Assembly: GCA_964016885.1 (NCBI GenBank)
Contig: OZ024740.1
Span: forward strand, 302,312,001 to 302,376,000
Direction of reading: 5' to 3'
Length of the DNA stretch: 64,000 bases
Origin: Eledone cirrhosa
Lineage: Eukaryota
This document shows positions 52,228-64,000 of the stretch, one piece after another (positions within the stretch are counted from its first letter, which is position 1; the number at the start of each line of letters is the position of its first letter). The notes under the pieces were generated by a model. It was not told where the DNA came from. It saw only the letters and a program-made list of their open reading frames with translations, and ran no database searches. The translations under genes and the position numbers were made by a program.

Positions 52228-53322
52228 ATGTAATTGTATTATTAACGAAAACATTGTAAAATATCAACAACAAAAACGTTACTACTACTAAAGTGAAATC
52301 AAGAACTACTCCGTAACAACATTAATCGTTATTCGTCAGTCACAAGCAGAGAGATTGAACAATTGCAGCTGCGTATTTTTCTGACAACCTTTCGACATAC
52401 TTCATGATGAAGATACAGAGATGTGTAGTTCTTGTTGTTTCCCTTACAGAAATTCTATACTGCAATTCTAGTTCAAGTGGCAAAATGATTTCAACCGGTA
52501 TTGATTTTCTTTCGAACTCCTGAAAACATAATGTAGCTGACTCTATGATAGAGCCATTTCCATCCCATTTCAAAATCACTGCTCTATTGAAACCAACAGA
52601 GATTGGTGATGAGGCGTATATAAACTTAACATTAAGAGCAAGAAAGTGAATACACTAATCCTAAATTTCGTATAATTCAACAATATGTCGTACACTACAC
52701 ACCGATTCATACAAATGGATGTGATTCGGAAATGTTCCGCATCACACTTAATTTGACAAATATAATCTAGCCACCCGGACAGTTAGAACTTTCTACAAGG
52801 ACTATTCTTGTTCAGTAGTGCATCGATTCGTATCGAGTGATTGTATGTTTATATAAAAAAAAGTGATGACATTTAAATATTCAAACACTTGTATGGGAAC
52901 ACATCTACTAGCAAATATAACCCATCTGTATGGAGTACATACAATTATGTTCGTTATTATAGCTCACGTTATACTGAGTATTTAATTCGAAACTACATGA
53001 GAAACTGAAGACCGTTTAACACGTTAGCTTTGTCTTTAAGAATCATTGCATCCCAAACTTATATTTCTATACTTTTATCTGGGTAGTTCTCAAATATTTT
53101 CTTGTGTCTTCCATATATTGGTTAAGAGTATTGTGATAAGGCTGGTGTTTTCACTGAAAGGTCATACAATGATATGATGTTTATTTAAAATGTGGGTTGA
53201 ACTATTATTTAAAGCCTGTATTTATTGCAATTTTATTCATCTGATAATTTGAGCGCAGATGTTGGATAGATAAAATGAAGTCTTCCAATTTAAATTGTGA
53301 GCATTGGAGTTGTGTAAATTAG

Positions 53323-53508
53323 TTTCTACTTTTGGTACAAGGCCTGCAATTACCCAGTGTATTACTGGTACTTTATTTATCGACCCCGTAAGGATGAAAA
53401 GACAAAGTTAACCCCAGCGGGATTTGAACTCAGAATGGAAAGGGCCGTAACTCTATGCGTCGAAGCATGGCGTCCGACCCTCTACCGATACTGCCAATTT
53501 AACCGCCC
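53323..53508 (-). mobile_element. tRNA-derived SINE (family S2)
   Basis: Close match to 28633-28826. Confidence 0.85.
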
Positions 53509-55409
53509 TTTAGTATTAAGTTGTTTCTTCTACGTAAGATTCATCTCTGATGACACATTATTCTTTCATTATAATTTCATTTTTAAAATACAAGTCTATC
53601 ATGCGAATGTTCTTGTTAAAAAAAAGTAGTTTTCTAGAATATTTTAGGGTGTGAATAGAAACGTGAATGGTCTGCATAATAGTACCACACTAGGATTCAA
53701 GTAAGTTTTAGAATCTTTATGAGTTTCCCTAGCTTCCAGATTTTAGGAATCTGCGTGGTACAAATAGTTGTAGATATTAATGATGGTTGTTATATATATA
53801 TACTAGATACTTTCATGTATATTCGCGAATTTGTCAGATCATAAAAGTTTTCATGTTTTTTTTCTTTTTAAGATTTCCTTATTGCCATCGGGATTTTTGA
53901 TGCAGTTGTTTGTTATGTCGATGTGCTTCCTGTTGCTTGCTTTTACTTTGAAATACTGCATTTCTAACGCATTGTCGACTCCTATTAGTTAACCAATGTC
54001 ATTTGTGATATCTATATATAATGTACGTCTGAGTATGTATGTTAATAGATCTAACATCCGTTGTGAAAATCGCTACTTAATCTGATCTCAATTTACTTCG
54101 TAATTTTAGGTGTTCATTGTTGAGATAATACGGCTACTTCCGGAATTATTGCTACTAGTATTACTGCTACGTATAAACCGTGTGTGAGAATAATGTCTTA
54201 GTTCCATGAAACAGTTTTTGATGTTGTTGATCTTCTATTATTGCTAATGTTTACCTTTTTATCCTTATAGTTTGTTCAGAGTTCACTTCATGCAAATTTT
54301 GTAGCTCTGTGATTGCGTCCGCATGTGTTGTAAAATTATTTCTGTTTGAAGAATAGCATGATTCGACCGACCTTCAAACCATAGACACCATTTTTATTTT
54401 TGCTGGTTTAGTATACCCAAAGTTAGTTCGTCATACATATTCAGGCATTTTAACTGTGGGGAAGGTTTGGCTACAAGTTTTCTTAAAGGCAAAGCTAACC
54501 TGCAGTGGTATCCTCAGTTTATGATGTAGTTTCGAAGTAAATTCTTTATAAAGCTTGGGCTCCATTTAAACTGGAGATAAGAATAAACAAGTAGTTAGTT
54601 GAATTGAATAAAAGTGGATTACAGACAATATAGTGATTTCCATAATAGCTGTAGAATTGTTTTCTCACTCGAATTCATTCAGAAATACATTCGTGGTTCA
54701 CATTGTGCAGCCACCTATACATGAGTTTATGCTTACTTCATCAAAGCCAAATTATGTGTGATATTGCACAGGGATTGACAGATTTTAAAGCAAGCAATGA
54801 TTTTAAAGCAAGCAATGTTTTAAAGCAAGCAATGACCTTAGGGAGAGTACAGTTTGGGGCTCTTCGAATTAAATTTCGCCAGCATGATTCATCGAGTGTA
54901 TAGATCGATTTAGGAAAATCTTTTCGGGAAATTTCCTATGGAGTTTGAAAAATTTGTTTCATCTACATCCTTGTTTTAGTAGACAAAATTATAAACCACA
55001 AATGAGAAATAATGCATTCCTTATGCGATATGGCAATATTGCTAAAAATATTTTAATATAACAGCGTTGTAACAATAGTATTATATTTTTGAAGAAGGAT
55101 GTAGAAACAAAATCTTCCCATATTGCATTTTAAATGTTGTATAGTAACATCTCATTGAAATAAGGTGGAAGAAAAAATCATATATCAATTATAAGTTGGA
55201 AATATTCTGTCTCCACTTGCTTCTTTAAAATGTACCTTTGTCTCGACTCTAGAAATGTAAGAAATATAAACTTCAAACGATATATATGCATAAAGACACA
55301 AACACATACACATACATACATAGTATATACATATTTGTATATATATATATGTGTGTATGTATGTGTGTGAGTGTGTGTGCGTGTGTGTGTATGCGTGTGT
55401 GTGTGTAGG

Positions 55410-55715
55410 AAAAGTGCATGGCTTAAAGGTTAGAGCCTCGAAATTATAATCACGAGGCTGTGAGTTCGATTCCAGGATCCGGCAGTGTGTTATGTTCTTG
55501 GGCAAGACGTTTTATTTCACGTTGCTCCAGTTCATTCAGCTATAGAAATGTGTTTCGACGTCGCTGGTGCCAAGCTGTCAAGCTATATCGGCTATTGTTT
55601 TTTCCTGGGACAACATCTCTGGCGTGGAGAGTGCTAAGCGGTATGCATGGGTGACTGCTAGTCTTCCACAAACAGATTAGCCTGGTCTTGTACCTCCCAG
55701 GGGAACTTTCTAGGT
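55410..55715 (+). mobile_element. tRNA-derived SINE (family S1)
   Basis: TGGCTTAAAGGTTAG box A-like, GAGTTCGATTCC box B, TGTTCTTGGGCAAGACGTTTATTTCACGTTGCTCC. Confidence 0.75.
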
Positions 55716-56578
55716 GTATATCCTATATATATATATATATGTATATGTGTGGGGGGGCGTGTGCGTGTGTGTCTTAGTAGATGTGGAAAGCCACTACTCA
55801 TATCTACCCTTCATCACAATACTCTTATTTCAAATAAACCCGATTCTTTTCTGAGTGGAGTATGCATATTTACTAGATCAAAATTAGTTATCTTGTCAGA
55901 ATCGAGATGACGAAAGCACTTACATCTTTTTTAAAAGCCTTCATATTGTTGGTGAGAAGCCGTGAAATATATAGATATTACTCATTAAGCGAGTAAAATA
56001 ACAACATAAACATACACAAGTTCCCTTAGGTACAGAATAAGAAATCTCTCATACCTACAAACACTCATTTAAATCCAAATACACTCACACACAAGCATGC
56101 AAGCCCAAATACCCACACACACTCATGCCAGCCCAAATACGCACACACCCATAAGCACATATGAATGCAGACACATCTGCACATAGATACACTCACAAAC
56201 ACACATTCACAAATTTATATTCAAACCTACAGACGTCAATATAAGAAATAAACGTGTATTTGATAAATAGCATTAAAGATTTCGAAAAAGAATGTATAGC
56301 AAAAAATATATATAGGTGCGTAGATAATATATATATATATATCCCAGATAATAGGCGGGGTGGAATAAGTGGAGTGTTGCAATATGTGGGGTGGTTAAAT
56401 AAGCGAATGGGGGATAGAAAATCGGTAATCTTTGTATATTAATATCATTTAAGAGTTTAAACTTTGTAAGAACATACGGGCAAATGTGTATCTATCTATA
56501 TATTTATATATATACATGTGTGCATGGTATGTGTGTTGCATATTCGTGTGTGTCCGAGTATATATATATATATATATA

Positions 56579-56890
56579 TCTTTTACTCTTTTACTGTTTT
56601 ACCTGTTCCAGCCCTCCGGCTGAGGCTATGCTGGGGCACCGCCCTTGTTGCTACACATTTTATCTCCAGCCTGTCTTGGTTGGCCACTGGTTCAAGAGGG
56701 AGTTCGTGGCTGCTGCCCTTAGGTTTCCCTCGTGCCTTACTGTGGGCTCATCCGGGATCCTGGATAGCAAGGTGTCGAGATGTTTCTTGAAAACATCAAC
56801 ATCTACACCATGCAGATCTCTCAGATCCCTCGGCAGCTTGTTGAAGAGTTGAGGGCCTTTGAACCCCAGGTTATTGCAATATCTGCTCTT
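56579..56890 (-). mobile_element. 3' fragment of the same CR1-like family as 36325-39434, flanked by (TA)n
   Basis: SRYCN.LGFKGPQLFN.LPRDLRDLH.V.VDVFKKHLDTLLSRIPDE nearly identical to ORF 39105-39371; same GTAAAA(G/C)A tail. Confidence 0.9.
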
Positions 56891-56977
56891 TATTATATAT
56901 ATATATATATATATATATCTGTGTGTGTGTGTGTGTGTGTTTTCTGTGTGTGTGCGAGGTGCGAGTGTATGCATATA

Positions 56978-57024
<47 letters not shown>

Positions 57025-57050
57025 TTATATATGGATGTGTGTGTATTTAA

Positions 57051-57104
<54 letters not shown>

Positions 57105-59694
57105 GTGTGTGTGTGCATGTGTGTGCGTGTGAGTGTGTGCGTGGGCAGCTGCAGAAATAGTATAACACAGCTACGCTTCAACCAAATAAGTAGGAAATAT
57201 TTAAAATTATCAAATATTAGAGAAGATTTGGTCCTAACAGATATAGTTTATAATAAGGCATCATAACCATCACCATCTCCATCATCATTATTATCATCAA
57301 CATAATAACCTTCACCATCATTATCATCATCACCACTATCACTACGTCATTACTAAACAGAAATAGATAGGAGAGTGAAGGTGATATGTGTCTGATTGTG
57401 TGTGTGTGTCTGTATGTGTGTTGATAAAGATATGAAATGGGGATGGTTGGGTTGGTATGTAAGATTAGATAAATGTCAGTTAAAAGGTTAAGTCTTGAGT
57501 AGGCGACGGGTGGAGGTTACACAGATGTTGTGATAAGTGGCAAGACGACAGCAATCAATTGAAGACACCGCTTCTTCACTAGTTCACAGAAAGCTTTCAC
57601 ACGAACGACAAATGCTGTTCAGTTTAGCAAACTGAGTCATTTAGGCTTGTCCCTGACATTCGCTTCCTGCTACCAACTTTATTAAAGTGATGTTATAACG
57701 ATTAAAACTATATGGGTGAACGATCTTCTTGAAAATAATGACGAAGATTTTGATGATGAGGGGGGGGGGATGATGATCATCTTGATGAGTATGATGAGGG
57801 TTGCGGTGGAGTGTTAACAGTGATGAAAGTGATGGTTATGCTGGTAGTAATATTTATGAGGTTGACGGTAGTGATGATGAAGATTAAGAGGATTTCCGGC
57901 CCTTATTATTATTAGCATTAATGTGTCTGTCTATGTGTGGGGGGAGACAGAATGTTCTATCTTTTTGTTTAGTGATCACAGATAGACGCGTGTTACAATT
58001 TTGATTGCTGGATATGTCTTTACACTGTATACACAAGAATATGTGGAAGCCTATATGTTTGTGTGTGTTAATGTATGCATTTGTGCCTGTATATGTGTTT
58101 ATATGTCTCCGTGTACGTATAGTTTAATGTTCACGAATCCCTGTGGCTGTAACTGTCATTACTATTAATATATTTAAAATATTTAATGCAGGTGCCATTA
58201 GAACTCTAACTAGATATAATTACGCGAAAAAGAAAGAATAATATCCATCAATGTTTATTGTTTTCATTGGCTTACGGTGTTTTGTTCCTTACCATATAAT
58301 TATCTATAGTTAACTTTTAATAATCCTAGGATGGAATATTTTGACACTACATTTACCATTAATTTTCATGCAGAGGGCGTGTTGGAAGTGTGTATCCATA
58401 AGGAATGTGCAGACTACCTGAAAGAATACACGTTTAAGCTTATTATTTTTGACGTTCAGCATAGACATGTGTGCAATCATCTTTGATTTCAAGCTAATTC
58501 ATTCATTGTGATTGAACATTCCCGGTTAAGTTGAAGCTGAGTGCAGTGGATTAGCAATACCGATAGAGCGTCGAACAAGATGCTTTTTAACATTTAGTTA
58601 ATCCCGTCAAGATTAGTTTTGCCTTTCTTACGAGGTCGATAAAAAAAGTACTAGTAACGATTTGATCAACTTTCTCCTTCCTTTTAAATTTCTGGCTTTG
58701 TTCCAAAGGTAGAAGCAAATAAGTTGGAGTAAACATATATAACTACACGTCAAAATCTCTAAAATTTCAAATTAGAGCTACATAAAAATATCACAATCAG
58801 AATTATATTTGTTGAGGGGTTTTGATTTTTTGATTTGATTGCTTCTTCTTATTGGATGGGGGGACACATTACGATCTTCCAATATTCACAATGACTAGAG
58901 AATCTTACGTGGAATTATTATGTTTTTATATTATGCAGTCAAATTACGATCGTATTGGCAGAATCCTTACACCTTCTGACAAATTCTTTCCATCATGCCT
59001 TCCGGCGCTATACCTTGTGAGATCAAATCACACAAACTACAATCTTGTCATTCACCGTTAGGATCGATTTATTATATTCGCCCACTCTCACAAAGTTGTT
59101 GGCCCTTTGCTAATATGGAAACCGTTAATGGGGTAGAAATAAAAAAAGCAGGGAATAAAAAGCAATGAAAAACAAAGCCCATATACTGGTGAGTCTAATT
59201 AGCATAGTGTTCAATATGAGTAAAATTGAGAATATAATGTGGTGTGAAAAGTATAACATTTAAGGCTTGCAATAATGTTGGGATGGCAAGAAGGCGAAAA
59301 GCATATGAGAAAGTAATTCTGCTTCATCTCCGTCTCCAAGTAACTGGAAAAATACACCTATCACATTCCTTAACAAATATGTTTTCAAAATAATGCACTC
59401 GCCTCTTTAAAATAAGCACTCATCTAGAATTATTATTAGGATAAATATACCAATAGATCTTACAAAATCACACAACCTCTCAATGCTTTCGGCACCTAGG
59501 GCAGAGCAGCACAGTGCAACAACTATCTTGCTCAATGATAACGCATATACATTTCAGAATCAGAACATACTCATATAGATTTAGTATTGTGGTAGCACTG
59601 AACGAACAAAGCGCTTGAGGTTATCAACAAAATTAATAAAATTAATAACAACCAATTAATGAATCAATTAATAAAGAATAACTAATATATATAT

Positions 59695-61466
59695 AAGTTT
59701 ATTTTATTAAGGTTAAATAGTAGAGTCATATTAAGTCCTTTAATAATAATGCTGTGATATATATTTCAATGGCGACAGTGGCCACACTGTTCCGTGCGCC
59801 AGTACCACGACATCGTCAGACAGCTTGTTACATAATAAGGTTATGTTTCCGAGGCAATCCAAATTGAATCGACATGGGAACGGACGAAGTGTGTGCTCTT
59901 GGGTTCTTCATCCGTTCCCTTGTGAGTACCAATTCATCCCCACCGGTCTGCGCAGGCGCAGGTCCGAAGGAAGTTGACCATTAGCTACCGCAGAGTTCAA
60001 CGAAATTCGCCTAGGCAGTTCCCCCTCTCAACCAAACAATGACCTATTCAGGCCTGTAATATATAGCTCACTGCTAGCCACCCCGTCAGTGGCAGTCAGC
60101 CGAAAGCTAGTGGGGTTGGGAGAGTGTGAGTATCAATAGGTCTCAATACAGTATGGACAGTATAATTAAGCATGGACAGTATAATTGGCCATCAATTATA
60201 CTGTCCATGCGTTGAGTGCTTGATTGAATTGCATCAATATTTACCTTAAGAATTTAGCTCCAATTAGTTGAGCGCTCTATGATGTAACCGATATAGTGGA
60301 GAAGAGAGGAACCAACCACCAGCTATACCCGGAAATTCCCTCTACCATGGGGATGGCAATCCCTGATACTGGACGGACATAAAAATAACTTTCGGCAGGA
60401 TAAATACGCGGAAACAAAAACAACAATAAACCCCTATTTTCCTGCACCAAATTGCATTTGAACAGAGGCCCCCTCGATTCAATATATATATGGACAAATT
60501 GACAATCATATTAATCAAGTATCTCCTATCTCATTTTGCATATATGTACTGTATGTATTTTTTGCATGTATTGGATTTTTTTGTGTGTTTTTTTCTTTTG
60601 TGTATTTCATATCTGTGTTTTCTGGGGGGCTCTTGTTCCATGTGATGGAAATTGTAACTATTACCCGCCTAATTACTACGTTTCATACTGTAATTTACCC
60701 TCCGTTCTACTGTACGGTACTATCTTTCAGTATGCAGATAATATATCTGTAACATTAATACCCCTTTCAAAACTTCTTACTTAAACATCTCCCTACGTAG
60801 TAGATAGTATAGGTGCACATATTTTTTTTTACTCACTTCAATCTAGGTTCTCACTTGTACATTTATTTAATTTTTAATTTTTAATTTTTAATATTTGATT
60901 TCTGATTTAAATTTTTAATTTTTAATTTTTAGTTTTAATTTCCAACTCTCATTCATAACTTGAAACCATAATACCTAGAATTAAGTATATTTTCTCTTAG
61001 AGGTTGATGGTCAATTATACTGCCCATGCTTAATGTGGGTAGTATTGAGACCTATTGATACTCATACTCTCCCAACCCCACTGGCTTTCGGCTGACTGCC
61101 ACTGACGGGGTGGCTAACAGTAAGCTATATATTACAGGTCTGAATAGGTCATTGTTTGGTTGAGAGGGCGAACTGCCTCGGCGAATTTCGTTGAACTCTG
61201 CGGTAGCTAATGGTCAACTTCCTTCGGACCTGCGCCTGCGCAGACCGGTGAGGGTGAATTGGTACTCACTTCGTTCGTTCGTTCCCATGTCGGTCGATTC
61301 AATTTGGATTGCCTCGGAAACATAACCTTATTATGGAACAAGCTGTCTGACGATGTCGCGGTACTGGCGCACGGAACAGTGTGGCCACTGTCGCCATTGA
61401 AATATATATCACAGCATTATTATTAAAGTACTTGAACATCTGAAAGTACTTCGCTTTTCCTTATTC
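59695..61466 (+). mobile_element. Non-coding foldback element (family F) with ~430-460-bp inverted arms and a hammerhead
   Basis: ~59733-60195 is the reverse complement of ~61004-61433; tail 61434-61466, then (TA)n; short TA run at the left end. Confidence 0.88.
61342..61415 (+). ncRNA. Type-I hammerhead ribozyme with an enlarged stem II
   Basis: GCTGT-CTGACGA-[45-nt insert with TGGCG..ACAGTG TGGC CACTGT CGCCA]-GAAA-TATATA-TC-ACAGC; perfect helix I; mirror copy at 59751-59824 (-). Confidence 0.75.
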
Positions 61467-61482
61467 TATATATATATATATA

Positions 61483-61901
61483 TATTGGTAAACGGAATAG
61501 AAAATGCTGACAAATTGTTCACAGTTGAAAAATGGTTTAATTAGGAATAAAAGAGTATTAGTGATTGTATGGGTTAGTATTCAGTTGTGGTTTTAAGTTT
61601 TTAAGATTTTACCGGTTGCGCATTTCTAAATGCTTTTCAAAAATAATTTTGAGATAGAGTGTCCGTGTTGTTTGCTCTGATCTGAAAATTCTATCTCAAA
61701 ATTATTTTTGAAAAGCATTTAGAAATGCGCCACCGGTAAAAACTTAAAAACTTAAAACCACAACTGAATACTAACCCATACAATCACTAATACTCTTTTA
61801 TTCCTAATTAAACCATTTTCAACTGTGAACAATTTGTCAGCATTTTCTATTCCGTTTACCAATATATAATAACTTGTGTGTTACACCTCTATTCTTTTAA
61901 C
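61483..61901 (+). mobile_element. Foldback family B, short copy
   Basis: Arms 61483-61657 and 61691-61864, tail to CTTTTAAC|TATA; (TA)n on both sides. Confidence 0.92.
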
Positions 61902-63599
61902 TATATATATATATAGTTTTGTAGGTCAAAATGAACTCCGCAAGTGGAAGTCAGGGTAATCCGCTGGCGATCCGTATCTGGTGAAGATTGGTGAAAGGTC
62001 GCATATAAGCTCACAATTAGATATCGGAGAAACTGGATATGAAAAAATCGGTTCCAAACGAGTTCAGTACATCAATTATTTGGAAAATAATTCTACCACC
62101 TCATAGATAACAACATATTATCGAAACCAGTACTATACACATATAATGTGGAATCTTACAAAGACACTCCTTACACTCTATCTCTATTATGAAATTGTAC
62201 TGAATTAACCCACCTGTGGGAACACTATAAATCTGAATCTATCTATAAGGCAAAATAAACAGCTGTAGAACCTACAGACTATGGTTTATGAATTCAGCCA
62301 ATTTAATGAAATTAGCATTAGAGGGATACGGAAATAATTGTACAAACTGTGGTGAGTTCATAAAAGTAATTTGAAGCAAACAAAAGGAAATGTATTAGAG
62401 CTAGAAGGGGATATGACGAAACCATACAAAAATGATATTTTCTATATGAGAGGGCAATGAAGGAAAATATACAAGCTATAAGCACTGAAGAGGTACAACA
62501 AGCCCTTCTCCCGAAAACCATATTGATATATGATTATATATTTTTAAACCTGTACAATCCTTCATTCCACTTCATAACTTTCTTTCAACTATACTGTACG
62601 TTTATGTATTTACAGCAGCCCATTGTTATTTTCGAAAATCTATTTTCGCATTCTACCCACTTATAATTAATCCACAAATCAATATTTCTTATGAAAACTT
62701 CTTCACAAGCTTGCCTTTTTGAAACATCCACTTTCCTATCTCTCATATCAAGTGTTGGTATTGCTTTTATTCTATCAACACAAACCATAGCTCTACGCTT
62801 GATATGACATGGGAAGAAGAAAAAACCTATTTGTTATCGGGTCATTTTTAACGTAAGGCAAATGTCAACTGGAAAAGAAATGAATGAAGACAGCAAAAGA
62901 AACAAAATTGCTTTATGTTAAGCCAAATTCAGCTAAGATAGAAAGACAACATAATTTTGTTTCTTCTCGCTAGTATTTCAGATAAGATTTATGAAAGTGA
63001 GTAAAACTTATGTTTTCAGATAGTGTGTGGTTTTGTCATCAGTTTCAACAATTTCCCTCTACCCCTGCCTCGAATAGCAATCTTGAGTTTAATGCCAGTA
63101 CCGCAATTGATTTATATGCTATTTGTGCAGCAGTCTATATGTTAAACACTATCTATCATTCTTACATTCACTAAAATCTACCATAGACATGCTGAGAGGT
63201 AAATCTACCCTTGGCTTTTATGTTTTACTCAAAAATATTAAATATACGGGAACTAAATTTGACGTATATGATATGAGTCTCTAAATGGTCACTTGGCAAG
63301 TTAGAAATGACAGTCATATCTTGCTCTTATTACATTGCCTTAAAAGACGAATATATTAATAATTCAGTATGAACTATAATGTACAAGAAGAAAAACGTAA
63401 AATCTAATCGGGACCAACTTTTGACTAAACAACGAATTGAAGATTAGTAGACCATTTTTTTACTCAATATTCCATCATGATACGTCGTTTTTCCCCCAAA
63501 AGAAATGGTAGTGATGTTTTATTTAACTGTATATTAGAAGTACATGAAATTACAAGCAATATCCTTTAGAATACAGACCCTAGTAAGTCACAAAGTGCT

Positions 63600-63990
63600 T
63601 GCAACGTTTTTTCCATTGATCGTCGCAGTGATGGATGTCACTTTCTGTGGATGTCATTAGCTTGTCAGTTGCAATTTTTCGTATGTTCTCCAGGTCCCAA
63701 AACGATGACGCTTCATCTTCCATTTCAACTTAAGTAAGGGATAGGAATCACACTGAATTAGATCTGAGCTGTAAGGAGGATGTGGAAGAGTGGGAATGTA
63801 TTTTTGAGCCATAAATGCTTTAATTGAACGTGTTGTATGGACAGGCACATTATTGTGGTGCAGTACCCAATCTCCCCCAATATTCGTTCGAATTCACTGA
63901 CGAAGGACTAATTTTATCATATGTAACCCATGTGCAACCACGCAGTATCCTTCTTTCTTCTCATGTTTTTTATATATATTTACCTCGGGT
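63600..63990 (-). pseudogene. Tc1/mariner transposase C-terminal fragment
   Basis: LHHNNVPVH (HDNAPxH), LPHPPYSSDL..CD (HPPYSPDLAPxD), LK.KMK..RF. Confidence 0.8.
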
Positions 63991-64000
63991 GTGTTTGTCA

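Noticed and set aside
54781-54835. Three copies of a ~18-bp unit (TTTTAAAGCAAGCAATG)
   Set aside because: Ordinary local tandem duplication, like the 26-bp duplication at ~4762-4813.

Overview
Eukaryotic, AT-rich, microsatellite-dense DNA with no recognisable host gene. The repeat repertoire suggests a mollusc, probably an octopus (inference). Almost all interpretable sequence is transposon-derived: decayed RTE LINEs, two tandem R4/Dong-clade RLE retrotransposons in a (CATA)n tract, a near full-length Tx1/L1-clade element in (TAA)n, a CR1-like LINE, two Penelope-like elements (PLEs; one Hydra-clade-like), several tRNA-derived SINEs and a mariner fragment. The most striking pattern is a set of at least six sequence-unrelated families of PLE or PLE-like non-coding elements that sit in (TA)n tracts. 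Most share one geometry: (TA)n, an inverted copy of the 3' end starting at an internal TAT(A), the body, a short unpaired 3' tail, then (TA)n. Many carry minimal type-I hammerhead ribozyme motifs followed by AATAAA. Serial insertion appears to have turned TA microsatellites into multi-kb arrays (e.g. 39.7-52.2 kb). These include a ~1.7-kb palindrome and a 422-bp retrozyme-like unit with 42-bp terminal redundancy. All family assignments come from motif recognition by eye; no database search was run.
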